A DNA stretch of 64,000 bases, taken from Eledone cirrhosa. Its lineage: Eukaryota. The stretch is from assembly GCA_964016885.1 (NCBI GenBank), contig OZ024747.1, positions 36,022,001 to 36,086,000 of the forward strand. Direction: 5' to 3'. Shown here piece after piece: positions 1-13,972 of the stretch. A program made the translations under genes and the position numbers. Each line of letters opens with the position of its first letter. The first letter of the stretch is position 1. Below the pieces are notes generated by a model. It made no database searches. It worked only from the letters and a program-made list of their open reading frames with translations, and had not been told where the DNA came from.

Positions 1-229
1 TTTTACACATCCACTTACTCACCATTGTAACTCAACTACCACCACCACTACTATTATTATCAGCAATCATATTCTGTACTTATTTTCTGCTTATTTGTTT
101 CCATCTTTATCATTTTCATTCATTTTCATTATTATTATATTTTATTATCTTTTGTTATTGATGTTATTGTCTTCATTCACTTGATTCTCCGAAGTATCTA
201 TAAATACCAATGCCATGTGTTACACCCTC

Positions 230-340
230 CAGTATTCCGATGATTTGATCAAATACAACACTGTATTTAAGGTCGAGTGACGCAACTTCGTCATTAGCGG
301 CCATTAGCTCACCTGATCAATGAAACAATTGTTAATACTG
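230..340 (+). ncRNA. Degenerate type I hammerhead ribozyme with long stem II loop, in a PLE-like 3' end that runs into (TA)n at ~553
   Basis: cagtatt-CCGATGA-t-ttgatc...gatcaa-t-GAAA-caattg-TT-aatactg: stem I cagtatt/aatactg, stem II ttgatc/gatcaa, palindromic stem III; core has a T>C change. Confidence 0.6.
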
Positions 341-584
341 TAAATAAAACCCTTTTTGTACGACCGAGCACGTTATTATTCACACTTTCACTACTATTAC
401 TCCAAGAATAACCTGCATGGGAATTCTTGCAAACTCGCTACCTAACTAACGGAATCTCTTGCTGAATCAAACAACGCCGCACGTTAAAAATACCCACAGT
501 ACAGAGTACTCACAACCTCTAACTGGATTACCCAAAATGATAACTTATTATCCTATATATATATATATATATTTTTTTTTTTTA

Positions 585-2060
585 AATAATGGAGAGAACA
601 ATAATATTTATGAATACATATATATTTAATGGCTGACAAGTTGTTTCAAATACTCCACAGTAAGAATGGACATAGATGCTGAGATATCGAATATAAAGCG
701 ACAGATGTACATAAAAAATGAACAAATATGTGTGTCAGTATTATCATTAGAGCCTAAAATCTGTTTACAAATATTAACTCATAAATCAGAACATATCACC
801 GAAATGAAAAACCTTTAAATGTGTAATGTTGATGTTAAACGGTTGGAAATGAAAATACGTTATAGCAGCTATTTCGTTTTGGTTTGAAATTGAAGAAGTA
901 AATAACATTTAAAGGGAGATCATTAATGAAAAAAGGAGATAATTAAGTCAAAACAAGTGAATGATTCGAAAAAAGAGAAAAGGAAGGAGATGAATAAAAG
1001 GTTGAGCCGATTTTAAGGACACATTTAAAATAAAGAATGATAAGTTTAGTGAAGAGGAATAGAAACTATACCCAGTTATTAATAGGGAGATGTAAGACAG
1101 TTCTTTAGGAAAGGGTAAAACAGTTGAAACATCGAAACAAAGTAATAATAAATTTAGTAGGGGTTAGAGTGTATTAGACCAATTGAAATACTAAAAGATA
1201 ATTACATTACATAGGGGATATATGTTCGAAGGTTTATGTAGGTTATAAAGTGTAATGTAATAAGAGGTTTTATTATAAATGAAAATTAAAAAATAGTAAA
1301 TAACGGAATGTAAAATAGATAGTTAAAATATTATTTTAAAGGGGATACGTTAAAAGAAGAAAAGTGATCAAAAATATAGTATAGGATAGGAAAAAGTAAA
1401 ATCAGGAAAGAATGAGGTTTAAAAAGGATAGGAGAGGGACCGACATTTAGTAAAGAGGTGTAGGTAAAGTGCATAAATGTAAAATTAATAAAAGCAGAGT
1501 AGAGGATTTAGAAATAAAAGATCTTACACATTCCTATAAATAACTGGGTATAGTTTCTATTCCTCTTCACTAAACGTATCATTCTTTATTTTTAAATGTG
1601 TCCTTAAAATCTTCTCAACATGTTATTCATCTCCTTCCTTTTCTCTCTTTTAGAATCATTCACTTTATGTTTGACTAAACAGCAATTCTTAATTATCTCC
1701 ACATTTCATTAATGATCACCCTTTGAATGTTATTTACTTCTTCAATTTCAATGCAACACCAAATGGCTGCTATAACGTTTTTTTCATTTCCAACCTTTTA
1801 ACATCAACATTTCACATTTAAAGTAGGTTTTTCACTTGGGTGATATGTTCTGATTTATGAGTTAATATGTTATAAATACTTTTTTTCCGGCTTTGATCAT
1901 AATTTCTGACACACATATTTGTTCATTTTTAATGTACTTCTATCGTTTTATATTCGATATCTCAACATCTATGTCCATTCTTACTGTGCAGTATTTGAAA
2001 CAATTTGTCAGCCATTAAATATATATGTATTCATAAATCTTTGCTGTTCTCTCCAACATT
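585..2060. mobile_element. Old head-to-head palindromic insertion of a PLE-like 3' region
   Basis: ~585-1088 is the reverse complement of ~1531-2060 with many substitutions; begins next to (TA)n; both arms contain a decayed HHR. Confidence 0.75.
1889..2013 (+). ncRNA. Decayed hammerhead with ~100 nt stem II insertion (mirror copy ~630-755, minus strand)
   Basis: ggct-[TTGATCA here, CTAATGA in mirror; consensus CTGATGA]-t-aatact...agtatt-t-GAAA-caa(t/c)ttg-TC-agcc. Confidence 0.55.
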
Positions 2061-2266
2061 TTAAATATGATTTTTAGCTCTGCTTATAATACGATTGTTA
2101 GCAATCTCTCTTTCCATCTAATCATATGACACGCTATTCTAACAACCTATATACATTGAGCACACTAATCCTCTCTCTACTGGTTAGTAATCTGGATAAC
2201 AAATCACTTTTCTCTCCTCCTGATTAGCTTACTTACTTTTTACACACACACACACAGACAGACACA

Positions 2267-2361
<95 letters not shown>

Positions 2362-2364
<3 letters not shown>

Positions 2365-3015
2365 TCATCATCATCATCATCATCATCAGGTTTAGCGTCC
2401 GTGTTCCACGCTTGCATGGGTTTGGACGGGGGTTTTCCCACTTGAGGCAAGAGTGGTTGTCTTGCTCGCATAGGACTGTCTGGCGGGTTTTCTACAGTTG
2501 GATGCCCTTCCTAACACCAACCACATTTACAGTGTGGGGCTGGGAGGTTTTTACCGTGTTGCCTACACGGCCACATTACAGCGTGGACTGTCTGGCGGGT
2601 TTTCTACAGCTGGATGCCCTTCCTAACACCAACCACATTTACAGTGTGGGGCTGGGAGGTTTTTACCGTGTTGCCTACACGGCCACATTTACAGCGTGGA
2701 CTGTGTGTTTTTTGTCGTGACACCTACACTATCTCATTTGTTTCGGCCTGGATGTTGTGGGACCAACATAACTGTACATTGAAAGGGGCGGTGTGGATGG
2801 GGTGGAGGTGGTGGGACGGGGGGGGGGGGGGGGGGGGGTTGATAGAGATGCCTACTGACTGTAGTAGGTTTTTACTTTGTATTTAGGTAAGGCGGGTCTT
2901 CTCTATTACTGAGTACCGCCAAAGGTCTCGGTCCAGTGACATTGTCTTGGAGAGGTGTAAGCGTGTGAGGTCGGAATTTATCAGCTCGTCCCATGTTTTT
3001 CTGGGTCTGCCTACT

Positions 3016-3018
<3 letters not shown>
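2362..3018 (-). mobile_element. Non-autonomous RTE-type retroelement fragment with (TGA)n tail and internal ~113 bp tandem duplication
   Basis: (CAT)n at 2362-2388; ggatgcccttcctaacaccaacc motif, similar to RTE-derived repeats, occurs twice (~2473-2585 and ~2586-2703). Confidence 0.5.
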
Positions 3019-3082
<64 letters not shown>

Positions 3083-3088
<6 letters not shown>

Positions 3089-3268
3089 ATACTTGGGTCA
3101 TATTTGTGTAATATTGCCAGAATTAATAACAGAACACACTCACTGTTTGGTTGGTTTTCGCTTCTCGCTGTCTTTTATATCTGCGATCTAACTTAATCGG
3201 TCCTCAATGTTGCCATTGACTGACCGACGGTCATATAAAAAACCTCGCTAAACTTATTCATCGCCTCT
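3083..3268. mobile_element. Miniature bipartite insertion of the 13391-16178 PLE family: inverted 3' UTR piece plus tail
   Basis: 3083-3232 matches ~13433-13596; 3233-3255 is the reverse complement of the tail at 13391-13411; (TA)n on both sides. Confidence 0.75.
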
Positions 3269-3294
3269 ATATATATATATATATATATATATAT

Positions 3295-3756
<462 letters not shown>

Positions 3757-4012
3757 TTATTATTTTTTCATTCATATATATATATATATATATATATTCA
3801 GGTTTTAAGGTTCACCACTGGATAGAGCTGGTCAATACCGTATGGTCAATCTTAATGTAATAATATGGAGAGTACTCAACGCAAAGCAGTTCAACCGTCT
3901 TCGTTTTTGTAGTTGTTGGTGACAGTACGGAGTTAAATATTATAATAAAATATTACACAAATAATACACAAGTCCAGCCTCCTGTCATTTTAGTATATAT
4001 ATATATATATAT

Positions 4013-4391
4013 GCAAAAGTTTTATTTAAGATTTTTGGGTTACAACGAGTAAATCTTTTATAACTGATATAAAAGCACTCAACAGTTTCTGGAGTAGGTT
4101 TACGATATTAAACAAATGGAGACTATATTTATATTTATAAAACCATATTTATTTCGTTATATATATTTCTGGGATATCATATTAAAAATATGCTATGCCT
4201 TCCTCAGACTTTTTAAAAGGAAGTTGCATTATCACAAGGTATGTCACTAATTATTTATAAAACAGCTTATGTATTGTATTTTGTCTGAGGAAGGCATAAC
4301 ATATTTTTAATATGATATCCCAGAAATATATATAACGAAATAAATATGGTTTTATAAATATAAATATAGTCTCCATTTGTTTAATATCGTA
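4013..4391. mobile_element. Palindromic HHR-bearing insertion in (TA)n
   Basis: Arms 4102-4209 and 4284-4390; tail 4013-4101 on the left arm only. Confidence 0.8.
4278..4341 (+). ncRNA. Minimal type I hammerhead ribozyme
   Basis: attttgt-CTGAGGA-aggcataacatatt-ttt-aatatgatatcc-ca-GAAA-tatata-TA-acgaaat. Confidence 0.65.
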
Positions 4392-4415
4392 TATATATAT
4401 ATATATTTATATATA

Positions 4416-5175
4416 TGAATTAAAAATGGCGTGCTGCGTTTTTGCGAATGTGATACATATGAATGAAAAATAGAGGAAGAAAATAGGACTATCCATCATC
4501 AGTGATCTTCTGACTATCATCAGTATTTCTTCGCATTAAAGACCAGATAGCTCAAGTCAGTGCGAGCAATAATTAAAATAAGTTATTGGGATAAAAAGAA
4601 TTGGGTGGAGAAAGAGAGACATATAAACAAACAAAAATGGTAACACAACGTAAAGAGAGGAAAATGAGAAAACAAGTCAATGATACATGTGAACTTAAGT
4701 TCTAGCGAATCAATGACGAGAAGAAGAAGAGGGACGCGTCTGTACCATGCGAAATGTGAGCGAAAAAAGTATTTCACACACGTCAGACGAGAGGAATTGA
4801 GAGAGGGGGAGCAGCAGAGAGTGAGTGAGTTAAATTGAGAGAGGGGGAGCAGCAGAGAGTTAGTGAGCAGCAGAGAGTGAGTGAGTGAAGAGGCCAGGCG
4901 AGAGAAAGAGGCCAGGCGAGAGAGTGTCACTAGCAGAGGGGGTGAATGAAAGTAAGAGGTACAAGGAGAGAGAAGGGGGAAAGAGAAAGAGGATCGCAGT
5001 AAGGTGATAGAAAAAGACAGGTCACAGCTCCACCCAATTCTTTTTATCCCAATAACTTATTTTAGTTATTGCTCGCACTGACTTTCAGTTATCTGATCTT
5101 TAATGCGAAGAAATACCGATGTTAGTCATAAGATCACTGGTGACGGATAGTCCTGGTTTCTTGCTTTATTTTTCA

Positions 5176-5180
<5 letters not shown>
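4416..5180. mobile_element. Palindromic insertion in (TA)n with purine-rich spacer
   Basis: Arms ~4458-4610 and ~5028-5180; left tail 4416-4457; minus strand has aagaaata-CTGATGA...tatttctt, a possible decayed HHR lacking GAAA. Confidence 0.7.
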
Positions 5181-5232
<52 letters not shown>

Positions 5233-6205
5233 GTGAGGTTTTTTTTACAAAATGAAAAATAACCGAGGTGTCCTACACGAGTGGAAGTATAAAGAAAAAG
5301 GGATGAAATCGAAAGTGCAACTGAAGTCTTATTTTTTTTTTAAATATATATATTTATTTGGTTCCTTTACCGGTTTCGCAGTTCTTCTGCTTTTCAAAAG
5401 GTGAGTTGAGATGGAGGGTCTGTGGTTTTTCTCACATCTGGTTGGTCTCTAAATGTTACTTGTTTTATATGGAAAAACTGGCTCGAAAACCAGGTTTTTC
5501 GAGAAGTAATTTGATTGGTTTGTCAATAATTATAATAAATTTCGCGCCAGTTCGCGTTACAATAGTTCTTCAAATAAGAGAAGGGGGGGGGGGGGGTTGT
5601 CACAGGTTGTTTTTTCATATATGAGTGTTTGAATTTCTTTTTACTTGAAAAAATGAGGCTCATGAAGGCTTTTTTTTGGTTGGTTATAAATGAAATTTGG
5701 CTGTCACGTGAACAAGTTTTCATTACATTTTTGCGCCCTTATTTGGAAAACTATTCTGTAGTCTATAGTGAATGTTATGACAATGGAGAGATAGTGGTCA
5801 AGGGAAAAGGGATTGGGAGAAATGTTCTGGTTCAGTGAATATGGCCAGCTGTCAGAGTTCAGGTGTCAGAGTTCAGATTTTCTATTGAGACTGAAGATAT
5901 GTGTTTATTTGTGTGCTTGTGTGTGTGTATATGTGTGTGTGTGTATGTGTGTATTGGAAGATGATTCTATTAGTAGAGATGGGGGAGGGAGTTGTGTGTG
6001 TGTGTATATGGGTGTTATGTGTGTGTGTGCGAGTATGTTAGATAGAGAGAATATATATTTTTTTTTGTGTGTGTGTATATATATATGTGTGTAGGAAAGT
6101 GGTTCTATTAGTAGAAATGGGGAGGGTGTTGTAGGTGTGGGGGTTTTTATGTGTGTGTATGGGTGTTATGTGTGTGGGAGTATGGTTAGCATGTTAAGAT
6201 GAAGA

Positions 6206-6240
<35 letters not shown>

Positions 6241-6496
6241 GTGTGTGTATGTGTGTGTGTAGGAAAATGATTCCTTTAGTAGGAATATTTTTGAATGAAC
6301 ATATTTTCCTGACTTTTTCGTGTTTGCTGTTGTATTGCCAGTGCAAACGTATGTTTAAGGTTTATTTAGTTCGGGTTTTTATTTTCTAAAGTAGGTGTTA
6401 TGTGTGTGTGTGTATGTCATATTGTGGTGTTGACATAATGTATATTAAACCTTATTTAATGTTGGTCTATATTTTTGAATAAACATATTTTCCTTA

Positions 6497-7724
6497 TTAT
6501 TTCGATGGCAATACTTACAAGCAAATATCGGGGACTGCGATGGGCACAAAAGCCGCTCCAACTTATGCCAACTTAGTCATGGCATACTTAGAAGTCCAGA
6601 TATATGAACAGTCCAAATCAAAATACGGATTGAACTTCCACAAATATTTATCAGAGAATTGGAAACGCTACTTGGATGATTGCCTCATTCTTTGGTCCCA
6701 CACACTCGACCAACTGAAGGATTTCAAAAACTTAATAAACGGCATCAATAACCACATCCAATTCACAATGGAATACAGCCAAGATCAACTCCCATTTCTG
6801 GACATCTTAATCACAAAAAAAGACACATATATCGAAACTGACATACACTACAAACCAACAGATTCCAAACAATATCTGCTATTCACCTCCAACCATCCAA
6901 AGCACACGAAGACGAACATTCCTTTTAACCTAGCAAGAAGAATTTGCACAATTGTCTCCAATTATGAAACGCGAAATAATAGACTTCAAGAATTAAAGGA
7001 AATTCTACTTGAGAGAGAGTACCCACTATTACTAATAAATAATGGAATAGAAAGGGCTAAAGCAATAGGCATTGATGAATTACGGAAACAGAAACAAATT
7101 CAAGGTACGTCCAATATTCTATCATATATCTCAACACACAACCCAAGAAATGCGGAAGCTTACAACACTATTCACAATAACATCCCACTACTAAAACAAA
7201 ACCCAAGAATGGAAAAAGCCCTTGAAACACACAAAATAATCAAAAGCAAAAGACAACCAAAATCACTGAAAACATTACTCACCAATGCCAAATTACCTAC
7301 CACAAACCCACAACCAAGTATCAAAAAATGTGGTCGCTCTAATTGTGGAACCTGCACTCACCTCATTGAAGGCAACACGTATACATTTAAATCAGGACAA
7401 AATTTTACTGTAAAAAATCACTTCACTTGCTCATCAAAAAATCTAATTTATGCCATTAAATGTAAAGGATGCAATGAAGATTATATAGGACAAACTAAAC
7501 TCACACTCAGAAACAGAATGACAGTTCATCGCCAACAATTACGAGATCCAACCACGAGACAAATACCACTAAGTGCACATCTAGACATTTGCGCAAGTAA
7601 TAAGACACCCAAATTCCAAGTCTTCCCATTTTACCTTTGCGCTAACAATACAACAGAACAAATGCGAATAAATAAGGAAAATATGTTTATTCAAAAATAT
7701 AGACCAACATTAAATAAGGTTTAA
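6497..7724 (+). CDS. PLE reverse transcriptase (C-terminal half) plus GIY-YIG endonuclease, 5'-truncated
   Basis: KQISGTAMGTKAAPTYANL, WKRYLDD, LPFLDI, HYKPTD..QYLLFTSNHP, CGRSNCGTC linker, NLIYAIKCKGCNEDYIGQT, RMTVHR, RINKENMFIQKYRPTLN. Confidence 0.92.
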
Positions 7725-8759
7725 TATACATTATGTCAACACCACAATATGACATACACACACACACATAACACCTACTTTAGAAAATAAAAACCCGAAC
7801 TAAATAAACCTTAAACATACGTTTGCACTGGCAATACAACAGCAAACACGAAAAAGTCAGGAAAATATGTTCATTCAAAAATATTCCTACTAAAGGAATC
7901 ATTTTCCTACACACACACATACACACACACAATATATATATATATATATATATATTCTCTTCATCTTAACATGCTAACCATACTCCCACACACATAACAC
8001 CCATACACACACATAAAAACCCCCACACCTACAACACCCTCCCCATTTCTACTAATAGAACCACTTTCCTACACACATATATATATACACACACACAAAA
8101 AAAAATATATATTCTCTCTATCTAACATACTCGCACACACACACATAACACCCATATACACACACACACAACTCCCTCCCCCATCTCTACTAATAGAATC
8201 ATCTTCCAATACACACATACACACACACACACATATACACACACACAAGCACACAAATAAACACATATCTTCAGTCTCAATAGAAAATCTGAACTCTGAC
8301 ACCTGAACTCTGACAGCTGGCCATATTCACTGAACCAGAACATTTCTCCCAATCCCTTTTCCCTTGACCACTATCTCTCCATTGTCATAACATTCACTAT
8401 AGACTACAGAATAGTTTTCCAAATAAGGGCGCAAAAATGTAATGAAAACTTGTTCACGTGACAGCCAAATTTTATTTATAACCAACCCAAAAAAAGCCTT
8501 CGTGAGCCTCATTTTTTCAAGTAAAAAGAAATTCAAACACTCATATATGAAAAAACAACCTGTGACAACCCCCCCCCCCTCTCTTATTTGAAGAACTATT
8601 GTAACGCGAACTGGCGCGAAATTTATTATAATTATTGACAAACCAATCAAATTACTTCTCGAAAAACCTGGTTTTCGAGCCAGTTTTTCCATATAAAACA
8701 AGTAACATTTAGAGACCAACCAGATGTGAGAAAAACCACAGACCCTCCATCTCAACTCA

Positions 8760-8797
8760 CCTTTTGAAAAGCAGAAGAACTGCGAAACCGGTAAAGG
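8760..8797 (+). ncRNA. Hammerhead-like motif with variant TTGAAAA core (mirror 5364-5401)
   Basis: cctt-TTGAAAA-gcag-aagaa-ctgc-GAAA-ccgg-TA-aagg in the PLE 3' UTR. Confidence 0.65.
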
Positions 8798-8867
8798 AAC
8801 CAAATAAATATATATATTTAAAAAAAAAAATAAGACTTCAGTTGCATTTTCGATTCCATCCCTTTTT

Positions 8868-9009
<142 letters not shown>

Positions 9010-9334
9010 TAGCAGTTTAGCCCGGCGTCGTTGCTCGGGGTTATTCATTTGCTATGAAAAGTTACAAACAAGTAAACGTGGCTTGAAAGCGAATAAGCTT
9101 ATCAATTAAGTGCATAAAGCAGTTGAACCGGTTATTAAAAGTTACGAACCAATTAGCATTTTGGACAATCAATGATGGGTTAATAATCTTCCGATAGCGA
9201 ATTTAGCACACCAAAGTTGGAAGATGGTGGCCCTGATGCCGCTGGGTGTCACATCTGTCCGCCATGGGTGACCCTACCGGGAAATAGTTTTCCTGACGGC
9301 ATAGCTCCAACACCACCAACATCGGCACCAACAT

Positions 9335-12160
9335 CTATAGCACCTCTTTGTAGACGATATTGCGTGTCACCCCTTGAGAGGTGTAAGCAAAAAGTGCATT
9401 CCTGCTCTGTACGTGGGAACAGGCAACATAAAGTTGACCATGGGAGAAGTATGGCTCCCCCAAATGTATGCCCGCCACCGACAATGTTTGCCCTTGTGAC
9501 TTGTTAATGGACATGTCAAAACATGGTCTCATCGGGAATTGGGATCGCGGGAAATCGAACGGGATGTCTGACGCCAAGGGGAAAATGTTCATCCTTGGAA
9601 TGAAAACATTCTCCCCTCTCCCGCACCCCGTTACAATGGTGGACTCAATCAAGTCGGGCGTCATTGACTTGACGACGATGCGAGTACCGTTGCACTGCTT
9701 TGGTGGGCGTATGTTCCTTATTAGCATAATGAGACAGCCAACCCTAAGCTTAATAAAATGAGGTGGGAGCCCTGGAGGCTCAAGGGAATTTAATAACTCA
9801 ACCGGATAATTAACGATATCGTCATGGTCTAAGGTCCGGTCGATAGATTTGAAGATGTGCTCTTTATCGGGAATTTTCTCAATCAGTTGCTCGTTAATAA
9901 AATTAACCATGTCATTTTTCGGAGCAAGTATGGCACTTTCGCTGAACCAATCGAAGTTTTTAAAGCTAGATGAGACATTAGGAAAAACTGCTTCCCAAAG
10001 GTCAGAAGGGCTGTTCACAATGTTGCACAGGGAGTCGATTGTAATGCCGCCCTTGTCATCCGCATAGACCTTGCCCTCACCAAGTGCTAAAATGTTCTAG
10101 CAAATGCTGCAGACATGTTGTCACCATGCAGATGAGCACGCATATTTGTGCTCAGGTACAAAGTCTTCACCTGGGGCCACAACGTGGACGATTAAGGCAG
10201 GCACGCACTTCATCAGATTTTGTCCCTTTGGGGATGACAGGCAGCGTATGCCGAACATCCCCTGAGAGCAGAAGGGTTACGCCACCCATAGGAGCCGTAG
10301 ACTCCCTAATGTCTTTCCGGGCCCAGTCCAATGCCTCAAGGGCACCCTTGTGTGCCATTGTAAACTAATCCCAAACAATGAGACAACATGTTTTGAGAAC
10401 CAGAGCTTCGTGTGAGCTCTTGATGATATTGCATGTTGGTGTCTCAGTTTTTATTAAATCCATGAGGAGTTTAAGGGTTGAATGTGCTGTCCTGCCTCTC
10501 GGCAGCAAAGTAGCCGCCATCCCGGGCGATGCAACGGCCAACGCAATTTTTTTGTCCTGACGAATCTTAGCGGGAATCAATTTTGTTACAAAAGTTTTTC
10601 CGGTACCCTCAGGTGCATCGAGAAAGAAAATACCGCCAGTCTGATTTTGAACCGCGTCAATGATAGTTTGGTCCGACAGATGTTTGTGGTCATTATCTTC
10701 TAAGTATTGGGAAAGAGATTCGATGTCATATGCTGTTTCCCGCAACAAATCCGGGGCCAACAACACGCGACGGTTGACGGCAAACCACACGTCGCCAAGT
10801 CACTCCCACACATGTCGAGGAGGCCGTCCCCGATATCAATGAGTGACCTGTTGTATATAATGCCGCTGTAAGCAACTTCCATTGAAGGATACTGCAGATG
10901 GACCAGGCGCTGGAAATCCTCAGACATGAAGTCTCTGTACTTGACCCATAAAGATTTGGGATCACCCAATTCACACTTTTGAAGCAAAATGGCAAAGTGT
11001 TCCCGTAGACCTTTAGGTGATTTCAACAAAGCACCCTCTGCTAAAGTGGAATCCCATTGCGAATCATCTTTCGAAAGACCACGCTTAAAGCAGGCTTTCC
11101 GGTACGTATCACATATTTCTCCATCAACAGTTTTGAGGTCCTAAAATCTTTGTGGGCCTACAACTTCATGCAGAAGAAAGCGGAGATGAAAGCACTCATG
11201 CTGACTTGGGGGCACAGTGTAAACCCTTCCAAGATAGCTGTCAAATTTTACACCAGGATGTCTTTCAACAGCCTGACCTGACTTTCTTCACACCCAAGTG
11301 TTTTTCGACCATATAAAGTCGGATGGAACCTGGGTGTACACAATTGTTTGCGCAAATATATCGAACTGGCAAAGTTTGAAGAAACCTGTCAAAGTGGTCT
11401 CTGTCGGATCGGCGGGCAGCTTGGCGGTGGTTTGGTCCGTAAAGTAAACCTTTGCCCATTTTCCAAATGTATCACAAGCTGTACGATGGCGAGGTGCCGT
11501 TGGTGTAGGGGGAAACCAAATAGTCGCCAAAAAGCTTCATTGCTACTGATGTACCGCCCCGCCATGTATTGTGTGACCTCATCAGAGCCCTTATTTACAT
11601 ATTTGCATATGTATTTTATAGACTTGACGGAGTTGCAAAACTCAACGTTGATGTGGGCGTTGAACATCTTCAAGAGAAGTGGGCAGTAAGGGACCACCCA
11701 TCTATTGTCGACTTGGCCTCCCTTTACCGTTGTGGGGAAGCCACCGCTCTCGAGCCGTCTTCGTCTGTACAGGAGGTACCCATCGCCACCAGTCTGAGTC
11801 TCGTCAATAAATGTATGTTTTGGGGTATCCCTTACTGCACGGCCCCCCTTTCAGATACGTGTGATGCCCATTAGGACCCGACGCACTCGGACCATGTTAG
11901 CTTTGACGATGTCATGTAATTCCTGGTCAGTTGCTCGGTTACGGATTTCAGCCGAAATGAAGCTGTCTATGGCATTTGAATTGATTTTATCAGCTAACCA
12001 AATCAAAATGTGAGCATGTGGCAGCCCTCGTTTTTGCCATTCGACGTTGAACATGTCACATTTTACAGCCCCAAATACCTGACATTTTTTATTAAAGCCA
12101 TGAGTTTAGCCAGTTTCAGTCTGAACACTCTGGCAATGAGGTCATGTCTGTTCGAATAAT
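9335..12160 (-). pseudogene. Fragmented Helitron RepHel coding region
   Basis: ORF pieces 11851-12054, 11389-11697, 11288-11530, 10700-11029, 10365-10790, 10167-10358 and 9335-10018 are colinear RepHel segments. Confidence 0.88.
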
Positions 12161-12289
12161 TTTGCCCAGGAAAAAGTTCACGGGTTACATTCCGATTCAT
12201 ATGTCTATAGCATTAATCTGTTATATGATGTGTTATTTTGCGTGTTGTGATTTGCAATAAGCCAATTGGAAATGCCCCAGATAAGCCGT

Positions 12290-12630
12290 ATGCCAATACG
12301 GAACGCTAAATACGGAACGCTAAATAGGGAACGCTCCACTGCAGTGTTGTCATATAGGGAGTGAGAAGCGACAGAGAGAGTAAAGCAGTTAAATTATAGA
12401 GAGGGGGAATATACGGAACGCTCCATTTCATCACATACATTGTTTCTCTCTCTGAAATGTTGTCATATAGGGAGTGAATAGAGACAGAGTGAGTAAAGCA
12501 GTTAAATTATAGAGAGGGGGAATATACGGAACGCTCCATTTGATCATATACATTGTTTCTCTCTCTGCAGTGTTGTCATATAGGGAGTGAAGAGCGACAG
12601 AGAGAATAAAGGAGTTAAATCATAGAGAGG
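12290..12630. repeat. ~120 bp minisatellite (about 3 units) inside the Helitron
   Basis: Repeated ggaacgctcc...tgttgtcatatagggagtga...gcagttaaattatagagaggggg. Confidence 0.8.
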
Positions 12631-13651
12631 TCGTTATTGTTACGTTTGTTGTTTTATAAATTCATCTGTTGCTTTTGAATATTTGTTATTTGATGTAAAA
12701 TGTAAATGTGTAAAATGTAACGTAGACAGAGCAGTATGTATTTAGTGATTTTTAAATTTTGATATTTGATGTATGAGTGTCGTTATAACTATAGAGAGGG
12801 AGACAATCTATTGTAGAGAGAGGGAAGAGCGACGGAGAGAGTAAAGCTATGGTTGTTGTGTTGCTTAGGTTTCAATGTTTGTGTCGCGTTCCTTCTAAAG
12901 AAGTTTTCTCGTTGTTCTAAATTGTAATGTTGATAGGGTAGTAGACGGAGGCAGTAACCTTTTAATGAGAGATGCAGAGGAGATTGAGGGGGGAGAGTAG
13001 TGAGAGTGATTAACCTTTAAAGAGAGTTGCAGAGGGGATTAAGAGTGGAGTAGAGGAAAATATGAACATTTTAGAGAGAGTTTCAACATGTATGTAGTTT
13101 CATATATTTTTGATGGTAGTAGTGAGAGGAATGAAGCGTGTAAAGAGAGGGTTGCAGCATGTATTTAGTTTTATCTATTTTTTTTTCATAGAAGCAGGAC
13201 ATTTCTGTCAAAAATAATTCCGTGTTGACCTGCCCAGTTAAATTTAGGGTGAAGGTAGCAAGAGGAATTCTTTTCCAAGTAAATTGGAAAAGAATTCATC
13301 AAAATCGGTTGAGAAATGTGGAAATGCATAAAAAATCATACACACACACAGACAGACATCTACCGTTTATATATATATATATATATATAGTTTTGCGAGG
13401 TTTTTTATATGAAATCGTGTGTCGAAACAGATATTGTTATATTTGGGGAGGGTCATATTTGCGTAATATTGCCAGAATTAATAACAGAACACACTCACTG
13501 TTTGGTTGGTTTTCGCTTCTCGCTGTCTTTTATATATATATATCTGCGATCTAACTTACTCGGTCCTCAATGTTGCCATTTACTGACCGGCGGTCAAAAA
13601 TAATACAGATACAATATAGACAAACACATATATATATAGTTTACATAATTT

Positions 13652-13692
13652 ACATAAATCTTTCGTTGCACATCTGCAACATCGTCAGTGGT
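13652..13692 (-). ncRNA. Minimal hammerhead in PLE 3' UTR
   Basis: cca-CTGACGA-t-gttgca-gatg-tgcaac-GAAA-gatt-TA-tgt; stem I is weak. Confidence 0.6.
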
Positions 13693-13972
13693 GTTATATT
13701 CATTGTTCCTCCTGTTGTGTTGTATGTCTACGCCATTTTTTTTTTTTTTTTGTTCAGTCTGTCTATATATTTATTTATTTATTTGCTTGTTTGTTTATCT
13801 TATTTTATTTTGTCTTCTTTGCGCATGCGTTTGCGTGTGTGTATAGTGTTATGTGTGATGTGTGACTAGTGTGTATAGTGTTGTGTCTGCTGGGTGACTA
13901 GTGTGTGTTTATGTGCTTGTGTATGTATTTATTTATCTTATTTTATTTATTTTATTTAATTTACTTATTTAT

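Noticed and set aside
5358-8803. Paired ORFs at 5358-6094 and 8069-8803
   Set aside because: Antisense readings of the PLE 3' UTR, duplicated by the inverted arm.
12290-12630. CRISPR-like repeat array
   Set aside because: Eukaryotic context, units repeat in full without unique spacers, and there are no cas genes.
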